In this document: one piece after another, positions 10,007 to 20,250 of the stretch
How the letters are laid out: each line of letters opens with the position of its first letter
Numbering within the stretch: the first letter of the stretch is position 1
DNA from: a virus
Taxonomy: Duplodnaviria > Caudoviricetes
IMG/VR virus record: IMGVR_UViG_2721755486_000001
Coordinates: 64,001-128,000 of that record
Direction: 5' to 3' (one strand)
Length of the DNA stretch: 64,000 bases
Notes under the pieces: model-generated
The model's input: the letters and a program-made list of their open reading frames with translations, nothing else
Told to the model about the DNA's origin: nothing
Databases searched by the model: none
Made by a program: the position numbers and the translations under genes

Positions 10007-12529
10007 CTACACCGTCGTCGGCACCGCGATCACCGGCGGCACCACCGGCGTCACCGTCACGACCTCCGGCACCATGCGGAGCTGGTTCGGCGTGAACGTC
10101 CGGTAGCGTCCGGTCCACAGCTTGCCGCGACGGTAAAGGAAGCGCCACGTGCTCGGCGCTGCCAGCAGGGCCTTGACCCGGTGGTGGTCGGCCGGGTTCT
10201 TCGCACGCACCACGAAGCCCGACGCCCACAGGAAGCGCCCACCGAGTTGCCCGGGGGTCACGTCAACCGGCGTCATCGGGCCGTCCACCATGCACGGCAC
10301 CAGCAGCAGACACTCGTTCGGGTCGAACGCGTAGAGCCCCTGCTTGCGCCCGTAGGCGTGCCACGCCTCGTAGCCGCGCAGGTCGCCCCCGTCGCGTGCG
10401 TGCAGCAGGTCCGAGTGGCCACGGAACCAGTCCAGCACCTCGGGATCGAGCTGCGCCTCGGGCACCACCTTCAGCTCCGCGTCGTACGGGCAGAGCATGC
10501 GGTGGGCGTGCTGGACGTCGGCGAGCGTCTCGGTCTTGGTCAGCTTCAGGAACAGCGGGGCGTCCTGCAACGGCAGGCGCACCTCGCGCCCGTGGCGGTT
10601 CGTCGCACGCACCGCGTCACCGTCGACCGTCCAGTTCTCCACCACGTACGCCCCGTTGGCGTTGGTGTTCACCCCCACCAGCACCTCGGCGAGTTCGTCC
10701 AGCGTGGTGGCGTCGGGGTCGATCGCGTCCCCGGGCATCGCCGGGTCCAGCGCCCACGCAGCCGGGCCCATCGCTTCGTCGCTCTGGCGGAACGCGACCG
10801 TCCACGGGGTGTCGCTCTCGTGCGGCATGTCCGTGCGGAACAGCACCGGTGCCTGGGTGGCCGGGCCGGTCACCACGATCGCGGTCAGCACGCTCGCCCC
10901 CAGCGGCCCGAGGAAGACGCGGCGGTGCTCGAAGTCCACCACCGAGCGGACACGCGGGCGCAGCAGGTTGCGCAGGGCCGTCCCGGCCTTGGTGCGCATC
11001 CACGCGTTCGGGGCGATCACCACCGAGCGGTCCGACTGGCTCTGCGCCTGCTCGATGAAGGCCTGGTAGAGGTCTGCCATTCCCTTCGCGCAGGTGCTGA
11101 ACGACGCGCGCACGCGCTTTGCGTAGTCCTTCGGCAGCTTGCCCAGCCCCACGTACGGCGGGTTGGCGATCGTCACGGAGAACGTGCCGGGCCAGCCGTC
11201 GAACAGGGCATCCCCGACGCGGGCGTTCAGCTCCGACGTCACGCCGTGCTCGGAGAAGAACGTGCGGTAGAGCGTGCGGAGATCTTCGACCGCCTGACCG
11301 TCCAGATCACCGACGAACAGCTTCTGCTCGCAGTAGCGCGCGACCTGCTCGTGCGTCAGGCCACGGGCCAGCCAGTGGGCGACGATGGCGAACACGATCG
11401 ACCCACGGCCGCACGACGGCTCCAGCACCGTTTCGTGGGGCTGCAGGCGGGCCAGCTCGACCATCGCGCTCGCCAGCTCGAACGGGGTGTAGACGACCCC
11501 GCCGACCATGCGCCCCTGGGCGTCCATCCCCGACGCGCGGACCAGCTCGGCGATGCGCTCGTACACCGCCGGGATCGTCATGGGCGCGACGGCAGGCTCC
11601 GCCACCGGCTCGGTCGGCGAAACGGCGGCCGGTTCCTCGACGGCCGGCTGGACCACCACCTCGGCGACGTCCGCGAACCAGTCGGTGGCGGCGAACAGGC
11701 GGTCGACCACGGCGGTCTCGTAGGCCCGCACCATCTCGCCGTTGGCGATGCTCGGGTTCCCGGCGACGCAGGCCTTGATCGGGGACCAGTCCACGGCTTC
11801 GAAGAGCGCGCGGACCTCGGCGACCCGGTTGCGGTCGGTCACGCGCACGAGGCGGTGGGAGTTCTTGCTCAGGTGCTTGGCGTCGAGGTCCTTCACCGCG
11901 CCGGCGTTCACCCCGATGCGCTGGATCGCGAAGTCGGCGGTGTCGCGCTGGGCGTACGGCACGAACGCGAAATCCGCGTGCGTGGTGGGCAGCACGATCA
12001 GCGCGCGCTGCTCGTCGCGGCGCTCCCACACCTGGAAGACCGTGGGCACCGCGGCCGGCTGGCCCTCGAAGATGAACGCGTCGAGCGGCAGCACCTCCTC
12101 GTGGACGAGGTGGAACGCGCGGGCGAGCTTGTTCTGGACCGACGGTTTTTGCCACGAGCGCGGCACGATGAACGCGATGCGTTCGGCGCCCAGCTCGGCG
12201 CAGCGGTTGAAGAACGCGACGTCGTGCTTGAACGGCGGGTTGCCCACCACCACGAGCGGGCGATCGTCACCGGTCGGGGGCGTCCAGTTAAGGAAATCCG
12301 CCTGAACGGCCCCCGGGCACTTCGGGTCGAGGTCCACCCCGAGGGCGTCCTCGGGCAGCAGCGAGAGGAATGCCCCGGTGCCGCACGACGGCTCGAGCCA
12401 GCGCACGCCGTGCGACCAGCGATCACCGAGGTGGTCGGCGATCAGCTCGTCGAAAAGGCGTTGAGCCAGTTGGGGGTTGGTGTAAAACTGGTCGAGATCA
12501 CGACCGATGGAGTTGCGTTGGGTCTTCAC
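10007..12529 (-). CDS. Tandem double N6-adenine DNA methyltransferase
   Basis: Two full motif sets: DQFYT/LEPSCGTGAF/GNPPF and VVYTP/LEPSCGRGS/ANPPYV, then a TRD-like C-terminus. Confidence 0.85.
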   Translation of the reverse strand: MKTQRNSIGRDLDQFYTNPQLAQRLFDELIADHLGDRWSHGVRWLEPSCGTGAFLSLLPEDALGVDLDPKCPGAVQADFLNWTPPTGDDRPLVVVGNPPFKHDVAFFNRCAELGAERIAFIVPRSWQKPSVQNKLARAFHLVHEEVLPLDAFIFEGQPAAVPTVFQVWERRDEQRALIVLPTTHADFAFVPYAQRDTADFAIQRIGVNAGAVKDLDAKHLSKNSHRLVRVTDRNRVAEVRALFEAVDWSPIKACVAGNPSIANGEMVRAYETAVVDRLFAATDWFADVAEVVVQPAVEEPAAVSPTEPVAEPAVAPMTIPAVYERIAELVRASGMDAQGRMVGGVVYTPFELASAMVELARLQPHETVLEPSCGRGSIVFAIVAHWLARGLTHEQVARYCEQKLFVGDLDGQAVEDLRTLYRTFFSEHGVTSELNARVGDALFDGWPGTFSVTIANPPYVGLGKLPKDYAKRVRASFSTCAKGMADLYQAFIEQAQSQSDRSVVIAPNAWMRTKAGTALRNLLRPRVRSVVDFEHRRVFLGPLGASVLTAIVVTGPATQAPVLFRTDMPHESDTPWTVAFRQSDEAMGPAAWALDPAMPGDAIDPDATTLDELAEVLVGVNTNANGAYVVENWTVDGDAVRATNRHGREVRLPLQDAPLFLKLTKTETLADVQHAHRMLCPYDAELKVVPEAQLDPEVLDWFRGHSDLLHARDGGDLRGYEAWHAYGRKQGLYAFDPNECLLLVPCMVDGPMTPVDVTPGQLGGRFLWASGFVVRAKNPADHHRVKALLAAPSTWRFLYRRGKLWTGRYRTFTPNQLRMVPEVVTVTPVVPPVIAVPTTV

Positions 12530-12711
12530 GAGGTCCGCTCCGAAGTGGATGGACCTCTACTTTTTTCTCCCACACCTCCGTAGCTGAGTCGCTCCCCGCA
12601 CGGGGCCTGGACCGCTTCGCGACTCACTTCCCGTAGCCCCGCGTCCCGGAAGGGCTGCCGCCCGTCGGGCTACAATCCCTGGAACAACACGACCAGCACA
12701 CCGGGGGCGGG

Positions 12712-14058
12712 ATGGCGACGGGCAAGGCAGCAGGGAAGGCGAACGCAACGACCAAAACGAAACGATCGGACGAGCGCGCGGACGACTGGAAGACCGTCCG
12801 GGGCAAGGCCTGGTCGCGCACGATGCGCTCGACGGTGGAGCGGGTGCTCAACCGGTCGGAGGACCTGCCGCCCCGGCTACGGGAGCCGCGTTTTCGCGCG
12901 CACCTGCTGCTGTCGTTGAAGCACCTCACGGGGGACGGGCGCGACGTGGACGACGCCCCGGACAAGGTGTGGATGATCTCGGGCCGGCAGATGGACAAGC
13001 TCAACGAGGCGCAGCGCGAGCAGCAGGGCGGTACCACGGGCAACGCCTGGACCCGGTGGGAGAACGGGGCGAACGTGCCGTCCGAGGACAAGATCCGCGG
13101 CACCTTCGGGCTGTTCCCCGGACACGAAACGGTGCTGGGCACCGACCACGACGGCAAGCCCTTTAAGGCGATCGACGTGGGCTTCGCGGAACTGTACTGG
13201 TCGGTCGGCCCGTGCGCGGACGACACTGTGACACCCGTACCGCTTTGGGCGATGATGGGCGGCGACACCTCGATCGCGGCCCTCTGGGTCCCCGTTCTGC
13301 GCTACCACGACGGCAGCGGCTTGGAGGGTCACGCGGTCGCGGACCACTTGGACACTGGCGTGGCGTTCGTCCGTTCGGACGTGCCGGCGGCGGGATCCGG
13401 GGCGAAGCATTCGATGTTCCCCAAGCCTGGCTTCACCCGATCGCCCGACGCAGCACCGTCGGCGTTCGACGGCCCGGCGCGCGCAGCGAACCTGCGTCTG
13501 AACCGGCGCCCGTTGCTCAACCCCGACCTCTCGCCGGCGGATCAGGTCACCCTCCTGAAGGCGAATACCAGCCACCAGGCGCAGCAGCTCGCCGAGCTGG
13601 GTGCGGATAGCTTTCTGCACCTCATGGGCGTCAGCAGCACCGAACGTGCGGGTGAGGGCAGCGCGCTCAGCGTGGGCGACGTAATCGTGCTGGCCTTGGC
13701 CACGATCTTCGCGAAGGGTGAGCGGGGCGACCTGCGCAGCCGGCTGGAAGACCCGGTCTTCACGGCGCTGCGCGAGCGGCACCGCGCGATCGTCCGGTGG
13801 GCCGCTCCGTTTGGGATCGAGGCCGGCGTGCGTCGCTGGTTGCGCACGCTGCACGGCGATTACCTGGACCGCAACGGCTACGCGTTCCTGCCGGTGGAGA
13901 CACCGGCACGGCCAGACGAGGAGCTGGAGTACGACCGGGACGACCCGGAAGCGGAGTACCTGGCGCACGAGGACAACGTGCCCACCGTCACCGCCGAGCG
14001 CGCCCGTCAGGGGCGTTTGAGCGGCGATCAACGGCTTTCCCGTCGGCGCAAGGCCTGA
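12712..14058 (+). CDS. Hypothetical protein with XRE-like HTH segment
   Basis: 448-aa ORF; GTTGNAWTRWENGANVPS resembles an XRE recognition helix. Confidence 0.55.
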   Translation: MATGKAAGKANATTKTKRSDERADDWKTVRGKAWSRTMRSTVERVLNRSEDLPPRLREPRFRAHLLLSLKHLTGDGRDVDDAPDKVWMISGRQMDKLNEAQREQQGGTTGNAWTRWENGANVPSEDKIRGTFGLFPGHETVLGTDHDGKPFKAIDVGFAELYWSVGPCADDTVTPVPLWAMMGGDTSIAALWVPVLRYHDGSGLEGHAVADHLDTGVAFVRSDVPAAGSGAKHSMFPKPGFTRSPDAAPSAFDGPARAANLRLNRRPLLNPDLSPADQVTLLKANTSHQAQQLAELGADSFLHLMGVSSTERAGEGSALSVGDVIVLALATIFAKGERGDLRSRLEDPVFTALRERHRAIVRWAAPFGIEAGVRRWLRTLHGDYLDRNGYAFLPVETPARPDEELEYDRDDPEAEYLAHEDNVPTVTAERARQGRLSGDQRLSRRRKA

Positions 14059-14258
14059 CGTTCATCGGCTCCGCACCCTGGGGCCGGCCACCGATCGGTA
14101 CCCCGGCTTCCTGCCCGGGTTCCCCGGGGTTTGTTGCCACGGGACCGCTGACCCCATTCCCACCACGTGAGTTGCGCGGCGTCCAAACCGCGACGCTGGC
14201 GTAACTCAGCCTGGGCGCCCCCCCCACCCACACTGGTCTCCGTCGAAACAACTTCACG

Positions 14259-14564
14259 GTGACCGGCATGACCCAGCAGACCCATACCTTCGCATTCCCG
14301 GGCAAACGCGCCCACCCGATGGTGGACGTCAAACCGCTGATCGAGCAGTCCTGCACCCACGTCCCGGCGTGGGTAGCGCAGGTGCTCGTGCCGCACGACA
14401 CGTTCGAGGAATGCGGCCAGCAGATTGACCGCAACCTCCCGATCGCCAGCCCGACCTACGCCGAAGCCCTCTGGTGGTCGCTTTTGCTCCGCATCCTCCG
14501 GGACGGCTCGGGCCGCATCGTGGTGCGGATGCCGCTCGACGACATCGGCCCGATCGACGGCTAA
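14259..14564 (+). CDS. Hypothetical protein
   Basis: Lies downstream of a GACTCA box and -10 element; plausible composition. Confidence 0.5.
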   Translation: MTGMTQQTHTFAFPGKRAHPMVDVKPLIEQSCTHVPAWVAQVLVPHDTFEECGQQIDRNLPIASPTYAEALWWSLLLRILRDGSGRIVVRMPLDDIGPIDG

Positions 14565-14711
14565 GGAGGATGGTCGACGCCTAACCCCTCTCCGCATCGC
14601 CCAGCGCTTGAGTCGTCCACGGTGCTGGGCGACCCCGCCTCACGACTCACCCAGAGTGGCCCCCCTCGCGATACTGAACCCATCGACACCACACACCCAC
14701 GGAGCAACCCC

Positions 14712-15788
14712 ATGACCACCACGAACATCGCAGCAATCCGTCGCCCGATCACGTCCATCGACCAGTTGATGAAGGAGGCCGATGCCCTGATCCAGCGCTA
14801 CTTCAAGAACGAAATCTCGCTTGAAAAGGCACGCTGCGTGCTGGACAAAACGTTGATGTCGGCGGCGCTGGAAACGATCGGGGGTCCCGACGCCGCCACC
14901 GCTGTTCTGGAGGCGGCCGTGGCGCTAGACCACCCGGCGTTCGTGAGGGAACTGCTCGATGCCGGTGCGAATCCCGACGGTCTCAAGTTCGACGGGTACG
15001 GCCCGGAAAGCAATGGCTGCCCCCTCGCTACTGCGATCTTCGACATCTATGAAATCAGCAGCGCGTTCATCATCAACATGCTGCTGATCGAAGGGGCAAC
15101 GCCGGACCGTCGCCGCACCGGGGACACCCTTCTGCACGCGCTCGCACGCGGCGGAGATCTGCTGGGCGCCGACCCGGACCGCGCGCAATGCTTCCATTGG
15201 ATGGTCGCTGCCGGTTGGGTGGTGAACGCTCGCAACGACGACGGCGCCACCCCTCTGATCGAAGCGGCCAATCTGGGGAACCACTACGCGGTCGCGGCAC
15301 TGATCGCGTTGGGCGCCGACGTCCACGCCGTCGACGTCTATGGGTACAGCGCCCTCGATATGGCACTGAAGAGCATCGATCAGAACGGGGTCGCGGCCTG
15401 CGTTGAAGCGCTGGTCGGCGCTGGGGCGAAACCGTGCAAGCCGTGCGGCGACGATTACTACGAAGAACGGGAACGCCTGCGCGGGGAGTATGACCAGATC
15501 ACCCAGCGTATCAAGACCAACGGCGATCTCACCGAGCTGGTCCAGATCCTCGACAAGGGGCAACACCTCGAATCCCGGGTGGACAACGAGGGCGCCACGC
15601 CCCTGATCGTCGCGGCCAAGCATGGCAACCACAAGGTTTTGACCTTCCTGATGGGGTGTGGGGCAAACATCAACGCGGTGGATCACGACGGCCTGAACGC
15701 TCTGGACCATGCGGTGGGTGCGGCACGCCAGTGCCGCACGGAGCTGCTGCTCAGCGTGGCGATGGCCACGCAGCCGGTAGGTGCGTAG
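14712..15788 (+). CDS. Ankyrin-repeat protein
   Basis: Several G-x-TPL repeats (GDTLLHALA, GATPLIEAA, GATPLIVAA); GGAG RBS. Confidence 0.88.
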   Translation: MTTTNIAAIRRPITSIDQLMKEADALIQRYFKNEISLEKARCVLDKTLMSAALETIGGPDAATAVLEAAVALDHPAFVRELLDAGANPDGLKFDGYGPESNGCPLATAIFDIYEISSAFIINMLLIEGATPDRRRTGDTLLHALARGGDLLGADPDRAQCFHWMVAAGWVVNARNDDGATPLIEAANLGNHYAVAALIALGADVHAVDVYGYSALDMALKSIDQNGVAACVEALVGAGAKPCKPCGDDYYEERERLRGEYDQITQRIKTNGDLTELVQILDKGQHLESRVDNEGATPLIVAAKHGNHKVLTFLMGCGANINAVDHDGLNALDHAVGAARQCRTELLLSVAMATQPVGA

Positions 15789-15919
15789 CGCCGTTTGCAG
15801 GCCGGCCGGCACGCGTGAGTCGCGACACCCCGGGGGTGAGCTCGGGCTCGCGACTCACCCAGGGCGGCCCCCCTCGCGATACTGAACTCATCGACACTAC
15901 CCACCCACGGAGCAACCAC

Positions 15920-16324
15920 ATGACCACCGGCATCGCCAACGCCTCCCTGTGCGCCGCGGCGTTTCTCGGCGACCTCGATGCCATCCGCGCGCACCTCGAC
16001 GACGGGGCGGACATCAACGGCACGACGACGAACCACGCCGGCGAAGCGCTCACCCCGCTGATGTGGGCCAGCGCCGGCGGCCGTATCGAGGCGATGTACA
16101 TCCTGCTCGCGCAAGGCGCATCGCCCACCTACACCGACCCGCAGACCGGCGTGACGGCGTTGCACTGCGCAGCGATGGCCAACCAGCCGGAAGCGGTGGC
16201 GGTGCTGATGGTCCATGGCGCGGACCGTCATGCGACGGCGGACCACAACCAGGGCACCGAGCTTGTGAAGCCCATCGACCTGACCCGACCCGGAACGGCG
16301 GCGCACGCGCTGCTGAGCCGCTGA
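15920..16324 (+). CDS. Ankyrin-repeat protein
   Basis: TPLMWASAGG and GVTALHCAA; about 85 bp upstream is duplicated from the gene at 14712. Confidence 0.85.
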   Translation: MTTGIANASLCAAAFLGDLDAIRAHLDDGADINGTTTNHAGEALTPLMWASAGGRIEAMYILLAQGASPTYTDPQTGVTALHCAAMANQPEAVAVLMVHGADRHATADHNQGTELVKPIDLTRPGTAAHALLSR

Positions 16325-16373
16325 ACCCTGAATCGTCCCAACCACCCGTTTTCCACCACCAAGGAGCTTGACC

Positions 16374-16934
16374 ATGGCCACCCAGATCCAATGCACGTCC
16401 GCAGAACTGCCGAACCTCATGCCGTTGCTCGCTACGCTGACCGATTTCACGTTGAACGTGATCCCGGCGGCGATCACCACCGCCGCGCAGGCCGCTCAGG
16501 CGGTCGTACAACCGGCGGTTCCCACTCCGGTGGCGCAGGTGGTGGCACCCACTCCTGTGGCCCCGGTGGCTTCCGTGGCTCCGGTGGAGGACTCGGCGAC
16601 CATGAGCACCGCGGAGGTGATGGAGCTGTTCGACTACGCCACGCCGCAAGCGGTGGCGGACCTGATGCAGCGCGCCGAGATCCCTGCGGTTCAGCGCGGG
16701 CGCAACAACTATTACGAGCGTGCCAAGGTGCTGGCCCTGAAGAAGCTGTACAGCGAGACGTTCAGCCTGTCCGAAGCCTCGGAGCTGGTGGGCTACAAGA
16801 ACCCGTCGGGCCTGCTGCTGCACATCGGGCAGCGCCGCATCACGCCGACGATGGTGGCGGGCCACATGCGCTTCCGCGTGAAGGACCTCGAGCAGTTCGA
16901 GAAGCTGCGCGGACCGGTCCGCCGCCGCTGGTAA
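16374..16934 (+). CDS. Tandem HTH_17 (MerR/excisionase-like) DNA-binding protein
   Basis: MSTAEVMELF and FSLSEASELVG...MRFRVKDLEQF repeats; AAGGAG RBS. Confidence 0.7.
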   Translation: MATQIQCTSAELPNLMPLLATLTDFTLNVIPAAITTAAQAAQAVVQPAVPTPVAQVVAPTPVAPVASVAPVEDSATMSTAEVMELFDYATPQAVADLMQRAEIPAVQRGRNNYYERAKVLALKKLYSETFSLSEASELVGYKNPSGLLLHIGQRRITPTMVAGHMRFRVKDLEQFEKLRGPVRRRW

Positions 16935-17113
16935 GCCCGGCATCACCACTCGCATCACCGCAGTTCCAGCACCACCCGCACCACCCGCAACACCCAGCGC
17001 CACGGCGCTCCTCCTCGCGACACGTCCGGGCCCCACCGGAGAGATCGCCCCGGTTCGTCGGGGGCTTCCACCGTTCCACGCATCCCCCCAACGCCAACCA
17101 CCGGGAGACCCCC

Positions 17114-17659
17114 ATGGCCATGCAGAACCGCGTCCTCGGCACGCCGTACGCGCGCCGTCCGATCGACCCGATCGCCGTCCAGGCGTCGGCCGCTCGCTCC
17201 GTTTCGATCCCGATGCCGCCGCACGGGGTCCCGTACGACTACTACGCGGCGGCGTACCTGCTCGCGGTGCAGACCGCCAACCAGCGCGGGGCGGTGCTCG
17301 CCCTCGACCTGGTGCGCAAGGCCCACACCGTCGACCTGCTGGGCATGGCGCTGCTGGGCGACCTGGCCGCCGGCGAGATGGTGGAGGTGCGCGAAACCCT
17401 GTCCTCGCCGTTGGCGGTGGAGCACCTGCACCGCGTGCGCTACCACCAGGACGACCAGGGCGGGGCGTTCGTCGCGTTCAAGGACCTCACGCCGCTGCAC
17501 GTGGTGGCCCTGCACGGCATGGCGAAGTTCGTCCGCCCGTTGCTCAAAGTCGGGGTGAATCCCCGTGCGCGGACCGCGTGCGGCAAGACCGCTCGCGACC
17601 TGGCGGAGCGCCGCGGCCACCACGCGGTGGTGAAAGCCCTGACCGCCCGGGGCGCATGA
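17114..17659 (+). CDS. Protein with C-terminal ankyrin repeats
   Basis: TPLHVVALHG...GKTARDLA. Confidence 0.7.
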   Translation: MAMQNRVLGTPYARRPIDPIAVQASAARSVSIPMPPHGVPYDYYAAAYLLAVQTANQRGAVLALDLVRKAHTVDLLGMALLGDLAAGEMVEVRETLSSPLAVEHLHRVRYHQDDQGGAFVAFKDLTPLHVVALHGMAKFVRPLLKVGVNPRARTACGKTARDLAERRGHHAVVKALTARGA

Positions 17660-17773
17660 GCACCGTTCCCGTTGAGTCGCGCCGTGCGTTTTCGACGAGC
17701 GGTCGGCGACTCAGCGGGGGAGGCCCGAGCCTGGACACTGGACCGGTCTCAACCAACCCACGAGGACACCACC

Positions 17774-18121
17774 ATGGGATTCATTCCGGAACTGATTGAC
17801 ACGCAATCCCCTGACCACTTGGACGGCGCCGGCTGGCTCACCTGTCCGGAACGTATGGACGACGCGGGCCGTCGCAACCTCCCGACCGTCAGCCGCTTGA
17901 TCTGCGAACTGGGCGAGGAGCTGGACCAGGAAATGCCGCCGCGGGCGTGGATGGCAGGACGCTTCCAGACGGTATTGAAGCACCTCGCCGCTGGGTCGCA
18001 GGACCACTACGTCATGGGCCCGCTGGTGCTGCGCGCGAGCGCGACCACGTGGGCATACGTGGCCGCGTTTTACCGCAACGGCGAGTGGGTGGCCCAGCTC
18101 CACGTCGGCGGCACCTTGTAA
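17774..18121 (+). CDS. Hypothetical protein
   Basis: GAGG RBS; downstream of a GACTCA box. Confidence 0.55.
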   Translation: MGFIPELIDTQSPDHLDGAGWLTCPERMDDAGRRNLPTVSRLICELGEELDQEMPPRAWMAGRFQTVLKHLAAGSQDHYVMGPLVLRASATTWAYVAAFYRNGEWVAQLHVGGTL

Positions 18122-18166
18122 CCCGACCCCCTGACCACCGCATCCCAAACCCACCAGGAGAACCGT

Positions 18167-19012
18167 ATGGCCCGCAAAACCACCACGAGCACGACCACCA
18201 CGACGAAGGCGTTCACCGACCGTGTGGAACGCTTCGCGCAGAACAACCCGATCCGCTCGGGCGTGAAGGCGATCCTTGACGACATCATCCAGTTGCAGTT
18301 CAACGTGTTGTCGGTCACGGCCCCGATGATGTACGCCCTGACCGCGGGCGCGGCGTGGTTCAACAAGGATCACCTGATCGCGCTGGACGAGTACCGCGGC
18401 CACCCGCAGGCATGGGCGGAGCAGTTGGCCCTTGGCGCGATGTACTTGGAGCTGGTGAAGACCTCGGCACCGTTCACCGACGTGCTGGGGGACGTCTACG
18501 GGTCCGCAATCGCACCGAAGCAGGCCAAGGCGATGGGGCAACACCTGACGCCGGCCGGTCTGGCGGACGGGCTCGCGCGCTTCGCGGCCCAGATGGGCCA
18601 GGGCGCGACGACCGGGGAGGCAAACCGGCCGTTCAACGCCAGCGAAGGCCAGATCGTATGCGACCCGGCGTGCGGCACCGGCGCGTTGCTGCTGGCAAAC
18701 CTCCGTCAGGCGTTCGCGGCCCACGGGAAGGAAGGGGTGGCGCGCATGTACGTGTTCGCGAACGACATCGACCCCGCCATGGTGAAGGCCACGGTGGTGC
18801 AGATCGTGCAGTCCAGCATCCTGCACAACGTGCCGTTTGGCGGGCTGCGGGTGCATTGCTCCGACCTGATCCGCCACTACCACGACGCGACGGCCGACAC
18901 GGTGGCGGTTCAGATTTGCCCGAACCGTGTCCGCAGCGCGGAGCACGCCTGTGACGAGACGGCCCGCAAGGAGGCGAAGGCAGGTCAGGCGACCACGAGC
19001 ACGGTGGCTTAA
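18167..19012 (+). CDS. HsdM-like (N-6 DNA methylase family) protein lacking motif IV
   Basis: DVLGDVY...GQHLTP, DPACGTGALL, NDID; no NPPF/Y. Confidence 0.75.
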   Translation: MARKTTTSTTTTTKAFTDRVERFAQNNPIRSGVKAILDDIIQLQFNVLSVTAPMMYALTAGAAWFNKDHLIALDEYRGHPQAWAEQLALGAMYLELVKTSAPFTDVLGDVYGSAIAPKQAKAMGQHLTPAGLADGLARFAAQMGQGATTGEANRPFNASEGQIVCDPACGTGALLLANLRQAFAAHGKEGVARMYVFANDIDPAMVKATVVQIVQSSILHNVPFGGLRVHCSDLIRHYHDATADTVAVQICPNRVRSAEHACDETARKEAKAGQATTSTVA

Positions 19013-19079
19013 CCGATCCGAACCCCGGGGCGCGATGGGCGCCCTGTTCAACGCACAAACAGCAAACTTGGAGAACTGC

Positions 19080-19658
19080 ATGAACGACAAGCCGTACGCC
19101 AACGGGGCGATGATCAAAATGCTCGTCAACGTGTTTGAGGTGAGCCGGAACGAGTACGAGAGCGAACACGAGCAAACGTTGCTCCACTACGCGGCCTGGG
19201 CAGGAAATGCCGAAGCCGCGCATGCGCTGATCGAGCTGGGGGCGGAGGTCGATGCCAAAACGCTCGACGGGCACACGCCGCTTCTTTTTGCCGTGCAGCA
19301 GCGCTCGGTCGACACCGTACGGGTGTTGATCGAGGCGGGTGCTGACGTGAACGCAGAGGACGAGTCGAACCGTTCCATTCTCGATCACCTCTTTTTGGAC
19401 AACATGGTTGAGACCACCCGTCGGAACGATCTGCGCGTGATCCGGCTGCTGCTTGACGGTGGGGCCGATCCGACGTTGGGCCTGACCTTTGCCCTCGGCG
19501 AAGACCATGGCTTGGGCGTGCGCGCGACGGTGCGCGCCGGCGCCGACGTACAGGCCGCATGCGCCGACGCGGGCGACCAAGCTGGGGCATGCGCACTCCG
19601 GCAGATCGACATCCTCCGTGCGCGGCGTGAAAAAAAACCGACGGACAACCGGGGCTGA
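19080..19658 (+). CDS. Ankyrin-repeat protein
   Basis: TLLHYAAWAG and GHTPLLFAV...GADVNAED. Confidence 0.85.
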   Translation: MNDKPYANGAMIKMLVNVFEVSRNEYESEHEQTLLHYAAWAGNAEAAHALIELGAEVDAKTLDGHTPLLFAVQQRSVDTVRVLIEAGADVNAEDESNRSILDHLFLDNMVETTRRNDLRVIRLLLDGGADPTLGLTFALGEDHGLGVRATVRAGADVQAACADAGDQAGACALRQIDILRARREKKPTDNRG

Positions 19659-19897
19659 TGGGGATCGAAACCCGGTGCTGACGCCGATGGGGCCGAAGGC
19701 CGGGGTTCGCGCCCAGGAGCCTCCGGCTCCGGTGGGGTTGCGACGTGCGAACGCAGGGCAGAAGGTGGGTGCCAGGGCACGGGTCGACCGTTCGTCCGAA
19801 GGGCGGCCCCACGGCTTGACGGGCCACCTGGACCCGCTAGGTTAAACGTATAGGGTACGCGCCAACGCAAAGCCCATTCACCCCCGGAGACCACATC

Positions 19898-20149
19898 ATG
19901 TCCACCCATGCCCCACACAATCCGCTCTCCCGCCTCGAAGGGCTCACGCCCGAGGAGGTGGCCGAAGCGTTGACGCACATCCGCTCCATCCGCCCGGAGC
20001 CGGGCTACTTCGACACCATGGCCGAGAGGGCTTATGCCGTCCTTTTCACCCGTCTGGGTGCTGAGCGTTGTGCTTCCACCGAGGCTGAGGTTGACCCCGT
20101 GCTGCAAGAGCTGGACGCCGGCGACCAGGATTCTGGCCTCACCGTCTAG
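19898..20149 (+). CDS. Hypothetical protein
   Basis: Has its own promoter, leader hairpin and GGAG RBS. Confidence 0.6.
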   Translation: MSTHAPHNPLSRLEGLTPEEVAEALTHIRSIRPEPGYFDTMAERAYAVLFTRLGAERCASTEAEVDPVLQELDAGDQDSGLTV

Positions 20150-20250
20150 CTGTGCCACGGCACATCCAACGCAGCGCCCCGGCCCGTACTTGACGGGCCG
20201 AAAGTACCCACTAGCCTGGACCGCGTCCGACCCGATCCAGGAGGTGCGCC

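Larger units (their letters stand above)
12585..17739. repeat. Five dispersed TGAGTCGC-N25/26-GCGACTCA inverted-repeat boxes (12585, 14168, 14609, 15816, 17673)
   Basis: Read directly; 41-42 bp span each time; four are followed exactly 20 nt later by a -10-like hexamer. Confidence 0.75.
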
